This document shows positions 18,348 to 26,803 of a stretch of DNA of 64,000 bases, piece by piece; the stretch's first letter is position 1; the number at the start of each line of letters is the position of its first letter. Source of the stretch: an uncultured Elusimicrobiales bacterium. GTDB taxonomy: Bacteria; Elusimicrobiota; Elusimicrobia; Elusimicrobiales; Elusimicrobiaceae. The position numbers were made by a program, and so were the translations under genes. The notes beneath the pieces are model-generated. The model made no database searches. It had not been told where the DNA came from and worked only from the letters and a program-made list of their open reading frames with translations. The stretch lies in assembly GCA_944327085.1 (NCBI GenBank), contig CALVGG010000003.1, positions 134,688 through 198,687 of the forward strand. The letters run 5' to 3'.

Positions 18348-19085
18348 ATGAAGACCCTGCTGGCTTGCTTACTCATCTGCTTTACAGCGCCTGGTTTGGC
18401 GGCCAAAACCCACGTGCAAATAGCCGAAGAAAACGTCAAAAACGTGGTAGCCGTTAATGTGGCCAAAAACGACGGCACCACCTTTACCGGCACGGGCTTT
18501 GTGGTACACCCGGACGGGTTAATTGCCACCAGCCGCCACGTGGCTGATAATGCCCTGTATATGAACGTTACCTTTAATACGGGCGCCGTATCGGGTGAAG
18601 CCAAACTGGTAGCCCAAGCCACAGATGTGGACCTGGCCCTGCTTAAAATACAGGCGGCCAACCTGCCCACGGCCGTTATCGGCAATTCAGACACGGTACT
18701 CCCCGGGCAGATTATCACCGTTATAGGCAACCCGCGCAGGTTGCAAAACACGGTATCTTCCGGCTTAATCAGCCAGGTGCGCCAAAAGGCCAACGGGGTG
18801 CTGTGGCACCAAATCAGCGCCCCTATTTCCCCCAGTTCCAGCGGAAGCCCCGTATTTAATGAAAACGGAGAGGTGATATCCGTGGCATTTGGCAGTTATA
18901 AAGGGGAAGGAAACCAAAATTTAAATTTTGCCGTTCCTTCTAACTATTTAATCCAGCTCATGCAGTCCATAGGCTACACCCCTACTTACACCCCTCTTCC
19001 GTCCGCACAACCGGAAGGCAATGCTTTTGTGCGGCATATTCAAAAATCCTGGCAGATATTAAAACGTTTGTTAAAAATTGCTTAA
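18348..19085 (+). CDS. Secreted trypsin-like (S1C/HtrA-type, no PDZ) serine protease
   Basis: Signal peptide MKTLLACLLICFTAPGLAA. Catalytic triad contexts IATSRHV, DVDLALLK and SSSGSPVF. Confidence 0.75.
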   Translation: MKTLLACLLICFTAPGLAAKTHVQIAEENVKNVVAVNVAKNDGTTFTGTGFVVHPDGLIATSRHVADNALYMNVTFNTGAVSGEAKLVAQATDVDLALLKIQAANLPTAVIGNSDTVLPGQIITVIGNPRRLQNTVSSGLISQVRQKANGVLWHQISAPISPSSSGSPVFNENGEVISVAFGSYKGEGNQNLNFAVPSNYLIQLMQSIGYTPTYTPLPSAQPEGNAFVRHIQKSWQILKRLLKIA

Positions 19086-19091
19086 CCCCTC

Positions 19092-19120
19092 TTGAAAAAA
19101 CCGCTTCAAACGGGTAGACT
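19092..19120 (+). promoter_or_regulatory. Sigma70-like promoter TTGAAA-17-TAGACT
   Basis: -35 at 19092..19097 and -10 at 19115..19120, upstream of the 19194 gene. Confidence 0.5.
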
Positions 19121-19193
19121 ATGAGTAACCATTCACGGGGGCGTTTTTACGCGGCCCAGGCAATGGAATATTTTTATTTGTTTAGAGGCCATT

Positions 19194-21281
19194 ATGAAAA
19201 AAACCATTGGCAAAACCGTTTTGATAGTATGCATCTGTGCACTGCTGATATTTTTGTTATTACCGTTTTTGGAAACCCAAGAACCTTCCGCCAAGGCGGG
19301 CAAAAAGGCTTCCCCTCAAATTTTTACGTCCAACCCGTTAACGGAACTGGTAAACCGCATTGCGGCCATTTTTCAAAGTAAAGAAAAACGCCTGGCTAAA
19401 AAAGCGGCCGCCGCACAGGCAGAAGCCCAAGCCGCCAAAGACGCATTAAATGAACTGTATGCCGATACGTCCGCCCAGGCGCCGGCGCGTTACGCCGCCA
19501 CCCAGGCAGACGATACGCAGGGCCAAGCCCAAACCACCACTTTTACCAATGCCAATTTTGATTACGGCAACGCCGCCTTGCAAGACGAAGACGGCAACTG
19601 GATATTGGTACGCCAAACCGCGCCGGATGCCCCGGCCCGCGGCATGCACGAAATCAACACCACCGACGACGCCTACGAACGTTATATCCGCCAGGAAAAG
19701 GCGGCCCGCTCCACCCCGGGGCTGGGCGCCCCCACCCGCCCGGCGGACTCTGCCCTGGCCCGCCTGTTAGCCCCTATCAAGGGCTTGTTTGGCATTAAGC
19801 AAAACAGCACGGCCCAATTACCGGCTGACGCAACGGCCTCTGCCGTGCGGGCACCTGCCGCCAATACGGTAAAGGCATCACAGGGGTTAGGTTCAAATAA
19901 TGGCAAAGAGCCGTCTTCTTCCCTGCCTGCCCGCCCCACGTTGCCGTCTATCCCCGCCGGATTGGCAAACGCCGTCTTGCCCGTGCAGGCTGCCGGCAAC
20001 GCAGGCGCAAATACGGCACAATATTCTGCCGCGGATATGTTAAACCCCATGCTTGCCATCACCCGCGCCAGCGAATGGATTCAAGAAAACCAAGACCCGG
20101 AAGCGACCGACGAAGAAAAACAACAAAATAACGAAAAGCTGAAAAATATGATTTATAAAACCCGGGCGGAACTTTCTGATAAATTAACCAAACAGGTACA
20201 AGAAGAAGCCGGCAATGCCCCCGCGCCGAACCATCTCCCCACCACCATCGGCTGTAGAGGGGAAAGCGGGTCTTTTTACTCGGCCGAAGGAGCCCCTTGC
20301 GCCAACCTGCCTTCCGTAGCGCAGGATCCCGGCGCTTGGCTTAGCGCAGACGAACAAGACAAACTGGCCCAACAAGGCAAACAAAAACTGATGGAAAAAT
20401 TAAACCTGCCTGCCGGGCACCCCGCCGTGCCGGACGTGAATATGTTGGTAGTATTGGGTAAAACCAAAAACATACTCCCCCCGGATATGGAAGAAAATGC
20501 CGAAGACACCCCGGAACAAAAACAAGCCAAAGAAATAACTGGCCGCATTTATGAACTGATGCTGGAAAAACAAAACTGCACAAAAGAAGAATGCTACTGG
20601 ATACCCAACCAATTGCAGCAATACCCCAGTGTGCGCGAAACCGTGCTTTCCGCCGGGTTTAACTCTATAGAAGACCCCCTTAAATTGTATGACCAATGGG
20701 TGCCGCAATTGCAGGCAGAACTGATGGACGAAACGGCTGGAGATCAAACCGGCATGCAGTTTATAGATATGTCTAAAGTCCTCTCCACCAATGCCCCGGC
20801 ATACATACCCATTACGCGCGAGCAAATGCAGGCGCTTAACCGCCGTAACGATGACCGCAAATTAATGAACCCCGAAACCCGAAAGGACCACATCGTCTTT
20901 TACGTGCCGGACCCGCAAAACGCGCGTGAAATGATAGACGTATTCCGTGAACACCCGGCCTTCTTGGTATGGGGTAAAGACGGCAAAGTGTTTGACCGCA
21001 GCGCCAATATGGATACTTCCGCCCGCGCCGATATGCTGCAGAACGACGTAACCCAACGTGCTAAAGACATGGCCGAATTTGCCAAAGGGGTGGTGCAGGA
21101 ACTCTATCAGGAAAACCTGATAGACACGTCCCGCCGCCAAACCAAAAAAATAAGCAATATGAACGCCACCCAGGCTACCCAGCAGCTGCAAAAAAACATC
21201 CAGGGTACGCAAAAACCCGCCGGCAGCAAAGTAACCAACAGCAAAATACCGGGGCTGCAGTTTAAAGAACTGAAATTATAA
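19194..21281 (+). CDS. N-terminally anchored 695-aa protein of unknown function
   Basis: TM/signal anchor TVLIVCICALLIFLLLPFL, an Ala/Gln/Pro-rich first half and a more structured C-terminal half. It has an AGAGG RBS and its own promoter and terminator. Confidence 0.6.
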   Translation: MKKTIGKTVLIVCICALLIFLLLPFLETQEPSAKAGKKASPQIFTSNPLTELVNRIAAIFQSKEKRLAKKAAAAQAEAQAAKDALNELYADTSAQAPARYAATQADDTQGQAQTTTFTNANFDYGNAALQDEDGNWILVRQTAPDAPARGMHEINTTDDAYERYIRQEKAARSTPGLGAPTRPADSALARLLAPIKGLFGIKQNSTAQLPADATASAVRAPAANTVKASQGLGSNNGKEPSSSLPARPTLPSIPAGLANAVLPVQAAGNAGANTAQYSAADMLNPMLAITRASEWIQENQDPEATDEEKQQNNEKLKNMIYKTRAELSDKLTKQVQEEAGNAPAPNHLPTTIGCRGESGSFYSAEGAPCANLPSVAQDPGAWLSADEQDKLAQQGKQKLMEKLNLPAGHPAVPDVNMLVVLGKTKNILPPDMEENAEDTPEQKQAKEITGRIYELMLEKQNCTKEECYWIPNQLQQYPSVRETVLSAGFNSIEDPLKLYDQWVPQLQAELMDETAGDQTGMQFIDMSKVLSTNAPAYIPITREQMQALNRRNDDRKLMNPETRKDHIVFYVPDPQNAREMIDVFREHPAFLVWGKDGKVFDRSANMDTSARADMLQNDVTQRAKDMAEFAKGVVQELYQENLIDTSRRQTKKISNMNATQATQQLQKNIQGTQKPAGSKVTNSKIPGLQFKELKL

Positions 21282-21287
21282 TAAAAG

Positions 21288-21313
21288 GGCCGCTATAAAC
21301 AGCGGCCTTTTTT
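21288..21313 (+). terminator. Intrinsic terminator
   Basis: GGCCGCT / AGCGGCC stem followed by TTTTTT. Confidence 0.8.
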
Positions 21314-21329
21314 ATATTTAAAATATACG

Positions 21330-21358
21330 TTCCATTTCCCCCCAAAAACGGGTATAAT
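21330..21358 (+). promoter_or_regulatory. Candidate promoter TTCCAT-17-TATAAT
   Basis: Perfect -10 at 21353..21358, 50 nt upstream of the ATG at 21409. The -35 is weak. Confidence 0.4.
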
Positions 21359-21408
21359 TTATTAGCAAACAGGGTGCAGCGGTTCTGCCCCTTACCAAGG
21401 AGTTGTAT

Positions 21409-21963
21409 ATGAAAAAATTACTGCCCGTTTTAGCCGTGTTATGCGCCTTTGTTTTTGCCGGCGCCTGCCGCCATACCGAGGAGCCTTACAACCGCTCTGA
21501 CTATAAAAAAGAATATGAACGTCTTTTCCGCCGCAATGTTTTTGCCCAGTGTGAAAATATGGGCACTTTCTATGCTACCTATTGCCTGGCCAGGCTGGAC
21601 CAAAAACCCGCCAATGATGACCCGCGCTATAAAGTAACGTTCCTGCGCGGGCCGCTAAAAGGCAAAACGGTTTGGACCACCAAAGTAATTACCAAAACCC
21701 TGCCGGTAGATGCCGGCCCCCTGCCCAAAGGCATGGTGGTATTGCGTAATTTTGACAACCCCCGCCAGGCCTATGACGCCGAACATATTGACCGCTGGCA
21801 CCTGGGCGTAGTGCACGATACCCGCAATATAGACAAAGGACATATTGAACTGGAATTCCCCCGCGATGCCAATGACTTTATGGCCGGGCGCGAAAGCATT
21901 TACCTGCACAATATACGCTATGTGGTAAAACCGGAAGTGAAAGACATACGTACCTGGCTGTAA
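21409..21963 (+). CDS. Lipoprotein of unknown function
   Basis: Signal peptide with a lipobox (VFAGAC). No family recognised. Confidence 0.6.
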   Translation: MKKLLPVLAVLCAFVFAGACRHTEEPYNRSDYKKEYERLFRRNVFAQCENMGTFYATYCLARLDQKPANDDPRYKVTFLRGPLKGKTVWTTKVITKTLPVDAGPLPKGMVVLRNFDNPRQAYDAEHIDRWHLGVVHDTRNIDKGHIELEFPRDANDFMAGRESIYLHNIRYVVKPEVKDIRTWL

Positions 21964-21999
21964 AAACAGTTTTTACTTTAATTGAATAGGAGTGTTTAC

Positions 22000-22740
22000 G
22001 TGAAATTAAAATCTTTTTTTATTACTGCTGCGCTTGCCTTTTTGCCTTTAAGCGCCTGGGCCGCCGAAGGAGACCCCATCACCCTGGAAACCATGTTGCT
22101 GGACGTGCCCACCGCCCAAGTGTTGGACCGCTACCAAGCCTCCTTCTTAACTCGTGCGTACGAGCACGGCTCCTTAATGGAAACGATAGAATTTGGGGTA
22201 TTTCCCCGCGTTAATTTAGGGGTGTCTTTTTCTGCGCATGAATTAATCGGCAGTTCGTCTTCCATTAAAGTTTTATCGCCCGATTTTCAGGCCAAGTGGA
22301 AAATTTTTGACGGGGATTTATACCTGCCGGCCATTGCCATCGGTTACGACGGCCGCCGCTACGGCTACGGTTATAAAGACCGCATATACAGCTACCCCAC
22401 GGATAAAAATAAAAAATACATGGATGATCGCAAAGGCGGGTATTTAACCCTTTCGCGGGAAATTATCATACCGGGGCTGGACGCTACGGCCGGGTTAAAC
22501 TTTTCCGATTTTGACTGGGAAGAAATGTATTTCTTTACCGGTATGTCTTACGTATTTAAAGACACCATAGGCTTAGTAGCCGAGTGGGATAATATACGCA
22601 ATATCCGTGATTCCCGCTTTAATGTGGCCGCACGCTTTTATTTGCATCCGTCCCTTTCGTTTGATGCGGGAGTGCGACGCATTGGCCGCGGAGACGAAAG
22701 CGAACGCATTATACAATTTCGCTATGTAAGCAATTTTTAG
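22000..22740 (+). CDS. Probable outer-membrane beta-barrel protein
   Basis: The GTG at 22000 is 7 nt after AGGAG. Signal peptide ...LPLSAWA, alternating amphipathic strands and a C-terminal ...RYVSNF (terminal Phe). Confidence 0.5.
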   Translation: MKLKSFFITAALAFLPLSAWAAEGDPITLETMLLDVPTAQVLDRYQASFLTRAYEHGSLMETIEFGVFPRVNLGVSFSAHELIGSSSSIKVLSPDFQAKWKIFDGDLYLPAIAIGYDGRRYGYGYKDRIYSYPTDKNKKYMDDRKGGYLTLSREIIIPGLDATAGLNFSDFDWEEMYFFTGMSYVFKDTIGLVAEWDNIRNIRDSRFNVAARFYLHPSLSFDAGVRRIGRGDESERIIQFRYVSNF

Positions 22741-22762
22741 GGCCGCATAGTTTTATTTTCCC

Positions 22763-22806
22763 CGGCCCCGCAGCGCCCGCAAGGGCAGCACAACGGGGCC
22801 GTTTTT
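22763..22806 (+). terminator. Long GC-rich hairpin plus TTTTT, a terminator or attenuator 14 nt before the next gene
   Basis: CGGCCCCG ... CGGGGCCG outer stem with an inner GCGCCC/GGGC(A)GC stem, then TTTTT. Confidence 0.6.
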
Positions 22807-22820
22807 AACGAAGAGGTTTT

Positions 22821-23285
22821 ATGACAGACACTACCCCCCAACCGCCTAAAGGCGGTATGCCCCCATTTAAACGCAGAACGATTTTTATTAAAAAATCGCT
22901 CCAATTGCGTTATATGCTGATGATTATATTCAGCGTACTCATCGGCCTGGGCATTATGGCTTTTGAATTAACCGTTACGCTGGACGAAATTTTTGACCGC
23001 TACCCCGTACTTGTACAGCCTTTGTACGACAATTTACTTCCTATTATGACTTCATTTGCCTATAAACTATCGCTTTACGTTTTGTGTGTGGTGGTTATAT
23101 CTGCCCTGGTATCCCACAAAATGGCGGGGCCTGTTTACCGGTTTGAACAAGTATGCAAAGCCATTGCCAAGGGGGATTACTCCCAGCGGGTGCACCTGCG
23201 CAAAGGGGACCAATTGATGGACCTGCAGGACGCTTTCAACCAGATGATGGACAAAATAGAAGCAGACATAAAAAACAAAAAATAA
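22821..23285 (+). CDS. Small 2-TM membrane protein consisting only of a HAMP domain (no output domain)
   Basis: Two hydrophobic helices, then HKMAGPVYRFEQVCKAIAKGDYSQRVHLRKGDQLMDLQDAFNQMMDKI (HAMP pattern). The protein ends 9 nt before the TolC-like gene. Confidence 0.65.
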   Translation: MTDTTPQPPKGGMPPFKRRTIFIKKSLQLRYMLMIIFSVLIGLGIMAFELTVTLDEIFDRYPVLVQPLYDNLLPIMTSFAYKLSLYVLCVVVISALVSHKMAGPVYRFEQVCKAIAKGDYSQRVHLRKGDQLMDLQDAFNQMMDKIEADIKNKK

Positions 23286-23293
23286 GGGGGATT

Positions 23294-24604
23294 ATGAAAA
23301 AAATTTTTATGTTGCTGCTGGTGCTATTTCTGGCACCTGCGGCCTTTGCCCAAAAGGAATACGGGCTTAAATTTTCCAGCTTAATTAATGATGACTTAAC
23401 GCTGGAAAACGCCATCCGCCTGGGCCTGGAAAATAATACGGACTTTTTGGCCGCCCGCCAGGAAATTACCATTGCCGAGCAAAAAGTGGCCGAAGCCAAA
23501 TTTATGTATTTCCCGCAAATATCGCTGCAGGGCACGGCCACCTGGTTTAATTTGGATTACCCAATGGTACTGCCGGAAGCCGTGGGCAACCGCTTTTTAA
23601 TCAACGATGATTTATTAAAACTGACCGAAGACGACATCAAAAACCAATTCTACGGCGTAGGCGTAACCGCTACCCAATATTTATATTCCGGCGGGCGCAT
23701 TTCCAGCACGTTAAAAATGGCCAAAGCCAATTTAAAGCAAGCCCAAAGCAAATATGATACGGTAAAAAATGCCGTTGTATTAAACATCAAAAAAGCCTTT
23801 TTTAATTTGCTTTACGCACAGGAACACACCAAACTAACCGAAAAAACCGCCCAGCAAGCCCAAAATTTTTATCAGGATCTGCGCCTTTCCCCCTGGGAAA
23901 AAGTACAGGCACGGGCAGAACTGGCTGCTTTATTGGGGGCACGCAACGCAGCAGTAAAAGAATTAAAAGACGCCGAGCTGGCCATGCTGGTTGCTTTGAA
24001 CAAAGAATTAAATTCCCACGTAAAAGTGGTGGGCAGTTTTAAACCCGCAAAGGTAGAGCTGGATTTGCCGCATTTAAATTTATGGTCTATGGAATTTAGG
24101 CCGGAGTTAAAATCCGCCATTTATGCATTAGAGCTGGACAACCTGGCCATTGACCTGGCCCTCTCCCGCCGTTACCCGGATATTATTTTAAGCGGCAGTT
24201 ATGAACAGCTGGGATATGATAATTTGGATTCCGTTAACCGCCAAATTTCCGTGGCGGTGCGTTTGCCGCTTTCTTATAATTTGGCCACACAGTCTGCCCA
24301 AAAGAAGGCCGAACAAACCAAAAGCACGCTGCGCCGCTCCGCCATAGAAGACAAAATTCATGTGCAGGTGGCCTCGGCTCATGCCAATATGATGTTCTGG
24401 CAGGCGGAAGTGCTCCAACGACAGGAAACTTTTACCGATATTTCCAAATTATTCACCCAGGCACAAAAAACCCCAAAACAAGGCGTCGTACCCTTGCAAG
24501 CTTTAGGGTCATACCTGCAGGCCGGAAGCGATTACTACACCGCCATACGCAACAATTTAACGGCTAAGGCAGAACTGGAATGGACCATCGGCCGGGATTT
24601 ATAA
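23294..24604 (+). CDS. TolC-family outer-membrane efflux channel
   Basis: Signal peptide MKKIFMLLLVLFLAPAAFA. OEP-family N-terminal motif LTLENAIRLGLENNTDFLAARQEITIAEQKV and a two-repeat architecture. Confidence 0.75.
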   Translation: MKKIFMLLLVLFLAPAAFAQKEYGLKFSSLINDDLTLENAIRLGLENNTDFLAARQEITIAEQKVAEAKFMYFPQISLQGTATWFNLDYPMVLPEAVGNRFLINDDLLKLTEDDIKNQFYGVGVTATQYLYSGGRISSTLKMAKANLKQAQSKYDTVKNAVVLNIKKAFFNLLYAQEHTKLTEKTAQQAQNFYQDLRLSPWEKVQARAELAALLGARNAAVKELKDAELAMLVALNKELNSHVKVVGSFKPAKVELDLPHLNLWSMEFRPELKSAIYALELDNLAIDLALSRRYPDIILSGSYEQLGYDNLDSVNRQISVAVRLPLSYNLATQSAQKKAEQTKSTLRRSAIEDKIHVQVASAHANMMFWQAEVLQRQETFTDISKLFTQAQKTPKQGVVPLQALGSYLQAGSDYYTAIRNNLTAKAELEWTIGRDL

Positions 24605-24607
24605 TAT

Positions 24608-25570
24608 ATGCGCAAAGCCTTTCACCTCTGTATAACGGCCGGACTGCTGGCATTACTGCCCGCAACGGCCGTTTACGGTTTGGGAAGGCAGACGGATGAC
24701 GAAATCCTGCGGGATTTTTTATGGGAAGAATTTACCCAGCTGCCTAAAAACAAACGCCCGGCCGTGGGGCTGGCTTTATCGGCCGGCGGTGTGCGCGGTT
24801 TTGCCCATGTGGGCGTGCTGGAAGTGCTGGACAATGCCGGCATGCCCATTGATATGATAACGGGCACGTCTATGGGATCGGTGGTAGGGTCTTTATACAG
24901 TGCGGGGCTGCCGGTATCTAAACTATGGGAAATCAGCCGCCATATGACGCTAAAAAAAATCACCCCGGATTTTAACGTAGGCGGGTTGCTGCGCTTTTTA
25001 CTGGCTAAAAAGCTGCCGTCTTCCAGCAATTTACAAAAATTTTTTAATGAACAAATTGGGGAAATGCGCTTTGAAGATTTGCAAATTCCCTTTTCCTGCG
25101 CGGCTATGGACGTAAAAACCGGCGAACGGGTTTTGTTTGATTCCGGCCCGCTTTCCATTGCCGTGCGCGCCAGCATGAACCTGCCCGGCGTGTTTGAACC
25201 CGTACAATACCGCCACCGCCATTTGGTGGACGGCGCCGTGGTGGATTACCTGCCCACGGAAACTTTGCGCAAAATGGGGGCGCAGTATGTAATAGCTTCC
25301 GTAACGCCGCCGGATTTTTCTTCCCAAACACCGCGGACTATTGCCGAATATTTCCTGCGCGTGGGGGACGTGCGCGGCGCGGCAATGATTGAGGAATCTT
25401 CCAAAAAAGCGGATTTTGTAATTACCAACCGCGTGTTAAACATTTCCACGCTGGAGCTGGACAAACTGCCCAAAGCCGGGGAAGAGGGCATTTTATCGGC
25501 CACCAAAAGCTTGGCGGCCTTACAGGAAGATATGCTTTTAAAAATGGGGCAATATGTATACCAACCGTAA
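24608..25570 (+). CDS. Exported patatin-like phospholipase
   Basis: Signal peptide, GGGVRGFAHVGV oxyanion motif, GTSMGS nucleophile elbow, and VDGAVVD catalytic Asp. Confidence 0.85.
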   Translation: MRKAFHLCITAGLLALLPATAVYGLGRQTDDEILRDFLWEEFTQLPKNKRPAVGLALSAGGVRGFAHVGVLEVLDNAGMPIDMITGTSMGSVVGSLYSAGLPVSKLWEISRHMTLKKITPDFNVGGLLRFLLAKKLPSSSNLQKFFNEQIGEMRFEDLQIPFSCAAMDVKTGERVLFDSGPLSIAVRASMNLPGVFEPVQYRHRHLVDGAVVDYLPTETLRKMGAQYVIASVTPPDFSSQTPRTIAEYFLRVGDVRGAAMIEESSKKADFVITNRVLNISTLELDKLPKAGEEGILSATKSLAALQEDMLLKMGQYVYQP

Positions 25571-26573
25571 AGTAATGTGTTTGTTACTGGGGCTTTGCCT
25601 GCTGGCCGGCTGTGCGGGCCAGCCGGGCCTGCTGGGGCTGGATATTACTACCCGCCACGACAGGAAAGAATACGTACAGGCGCGTGATTTATTTAACGCC
25701 GGCCAATACCAAGAGGCCATTACCCAGTTAAGCGCTTATATTTATAAAACAAAAAATGTAAAACGCCGCGAGGTGCGCGCTTACCGCCTGCTGGGGCAAA
25801 GTTACGAACAACTGGGCAATTTAAGCAAAGCGCTGGAAACCTATCAGGAAGCATTGGAATTCCACCCCAATGATGTACCCCTTTTGCTGGCTGCCGCCAG
25901 CTTATACCGCCGCACCGAATTAAATGACCGTTCCCTTGAATTATACGAACACGCCCTTTCCCTGCAACCCAACAACCAGGACGTATTGGCCGGCGTGGGG
26001 GAAATTTATCTGGCTACCGGCTATTATGCCAAGGCCCGCTCTTATTACGAACAACTGTTTAAACTGAACCCGCAGGCCCAAGCCGTACACCGTGCGCGTT
26101 ACGCCCAAACCTTCTACCAACAGAAGGACTACGCCAACGCTTTTATTAACGTAACCATGGCCCTTTCCGAAACGCCGGACAACCCGGATTTTTGGCTCTT
26201 AAGCGCCAAAGCAAACCGCGGTTTAGGCCGCTTTAACGACGCCCTGGCCGATTTGGATACCGCCCTTTTGCTTGTCCCCAACCGTGCGGATTTGGAGGCC
26301 TACCGCGCTTTATGGCTCCACCAGGCCAAGCGGTATGCCGAATCTGACTGGCAGGCCCGCCAAATTTTGGATAAACGCCCCGGCAATGAGCTGGCCCTTT
26401 TTGTAATGGCTATGAACGCCAGCAGCCAAGGGAAACACCAACAGGCAAAAACCTTGCTGCAACAAATCCGCCAAGGGGATAAAGAAACTTTTATCCACCG
26501 CTTTGCAGACAGTTTATTTGCACCGCCGGCCATTGCCCTTCCGTCCGCTGAAAACAAACGCCCCCAATTTTAA
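25554..26573 (+). CDS. TPR-repeat lipoprotein
   Basis: Lipobox LLAGCAG and multiple 34-aa TPR-like repeats (...AYRLLGQSYEQLGNLSKALETYQEALEFHPN...). Its start overlaps the patatin stop by 17 nt. Confidence 0.75.
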   Translation: MYTNRKVMCLLLGLCLLAGCAGQPGLLGLDITTRHDRKEYVQARDLFNAGQYQEAITQLSAYIYKTKNVKRREVRAYRLLGQSYEQLGNLSKALETYQEALEFHPNDVPLLLAAASLYRRTELNDRSLELYEHALSLQPNNQDVLAGVGEIYLATGYYAKARSYYEQLFKLNPQAQAVHRARYAQTFYQQKDYANAFINVTMALSETPDNPDFWLLSAKANRGLGRFNDALADLDTALLLVPNRADLEAYRALWLHQAKRYAESDWQARQILDKRPGNELALFVMAMNASSQGKHQQAKTLLQQIRQGDKETFIHRFADSLFAPPAIALPSAENKRPQF

Positions 26574-26586
26574 TATTTTCCTCAAA

Positions 26587-26611
26587 CAGCCGGCAGTTCC
26601 CCTGCCGGCTG
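26587..26611 (+). terminator. 10-bp hairpin after the TPR gene
   Basis: CAGCCGGCAG / CTGCCGGCTG. The downstream T-tract is weak (CTCTTTG). Confidence 0.5.
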
Positions 26612-26762
26612 CTCTTTGCCAGGGGGCGGCACTGCCCACGCACCGACCGGACCAACATTCCTCAAATATAAGTCTAGCCCCCTATTTAAAGCCCTTTTAA
26701 GGGTATAATGCGGCGGCACCAGGCCGTCCGCGCGGCCCGGGCCCGGTAGTATCAGGCAGGCA

Positions 26763-26786
26763 CAAAAAAGCCGGGTTGCCCCGGCT
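26763..26786 (-). terminator. Intrinsic terminator after the PmbA-like gene
   Basis: AGCCGGG / CCCGGCT stem. On the minus strand it is followed by TTTTTT. Confidence 0.75.
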
Positions 26787-26803
26787 TTCAAAGTTTTCCC
26801 CTC

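Noticed and set aside
23153-23293. A 47-codon upstream extension of the TolC-like ORF that overlaps the HAMP gene.
   Set aside because: The extension has no signal peptide and overlaps a better-supported gene. The ATG at 23294 follows GGGGG and yields a canonical signal peptide.
26700-26762. A GC-rich structured segment after a TATAAT (GCGGCGGCACCAGGCCGTCCGCGCGGCCCGGGCCCGG...) in the convergent gap, considered as a 4.5S/SRP-like or other small RNA.
   Set aside because: It lacks the conserved SRP domain IV sequence (GGAAGCAGCC context), has no credible -35 and has no clear plus-strand U-tract. It cannot be supported without an Rfam scan or expression data.
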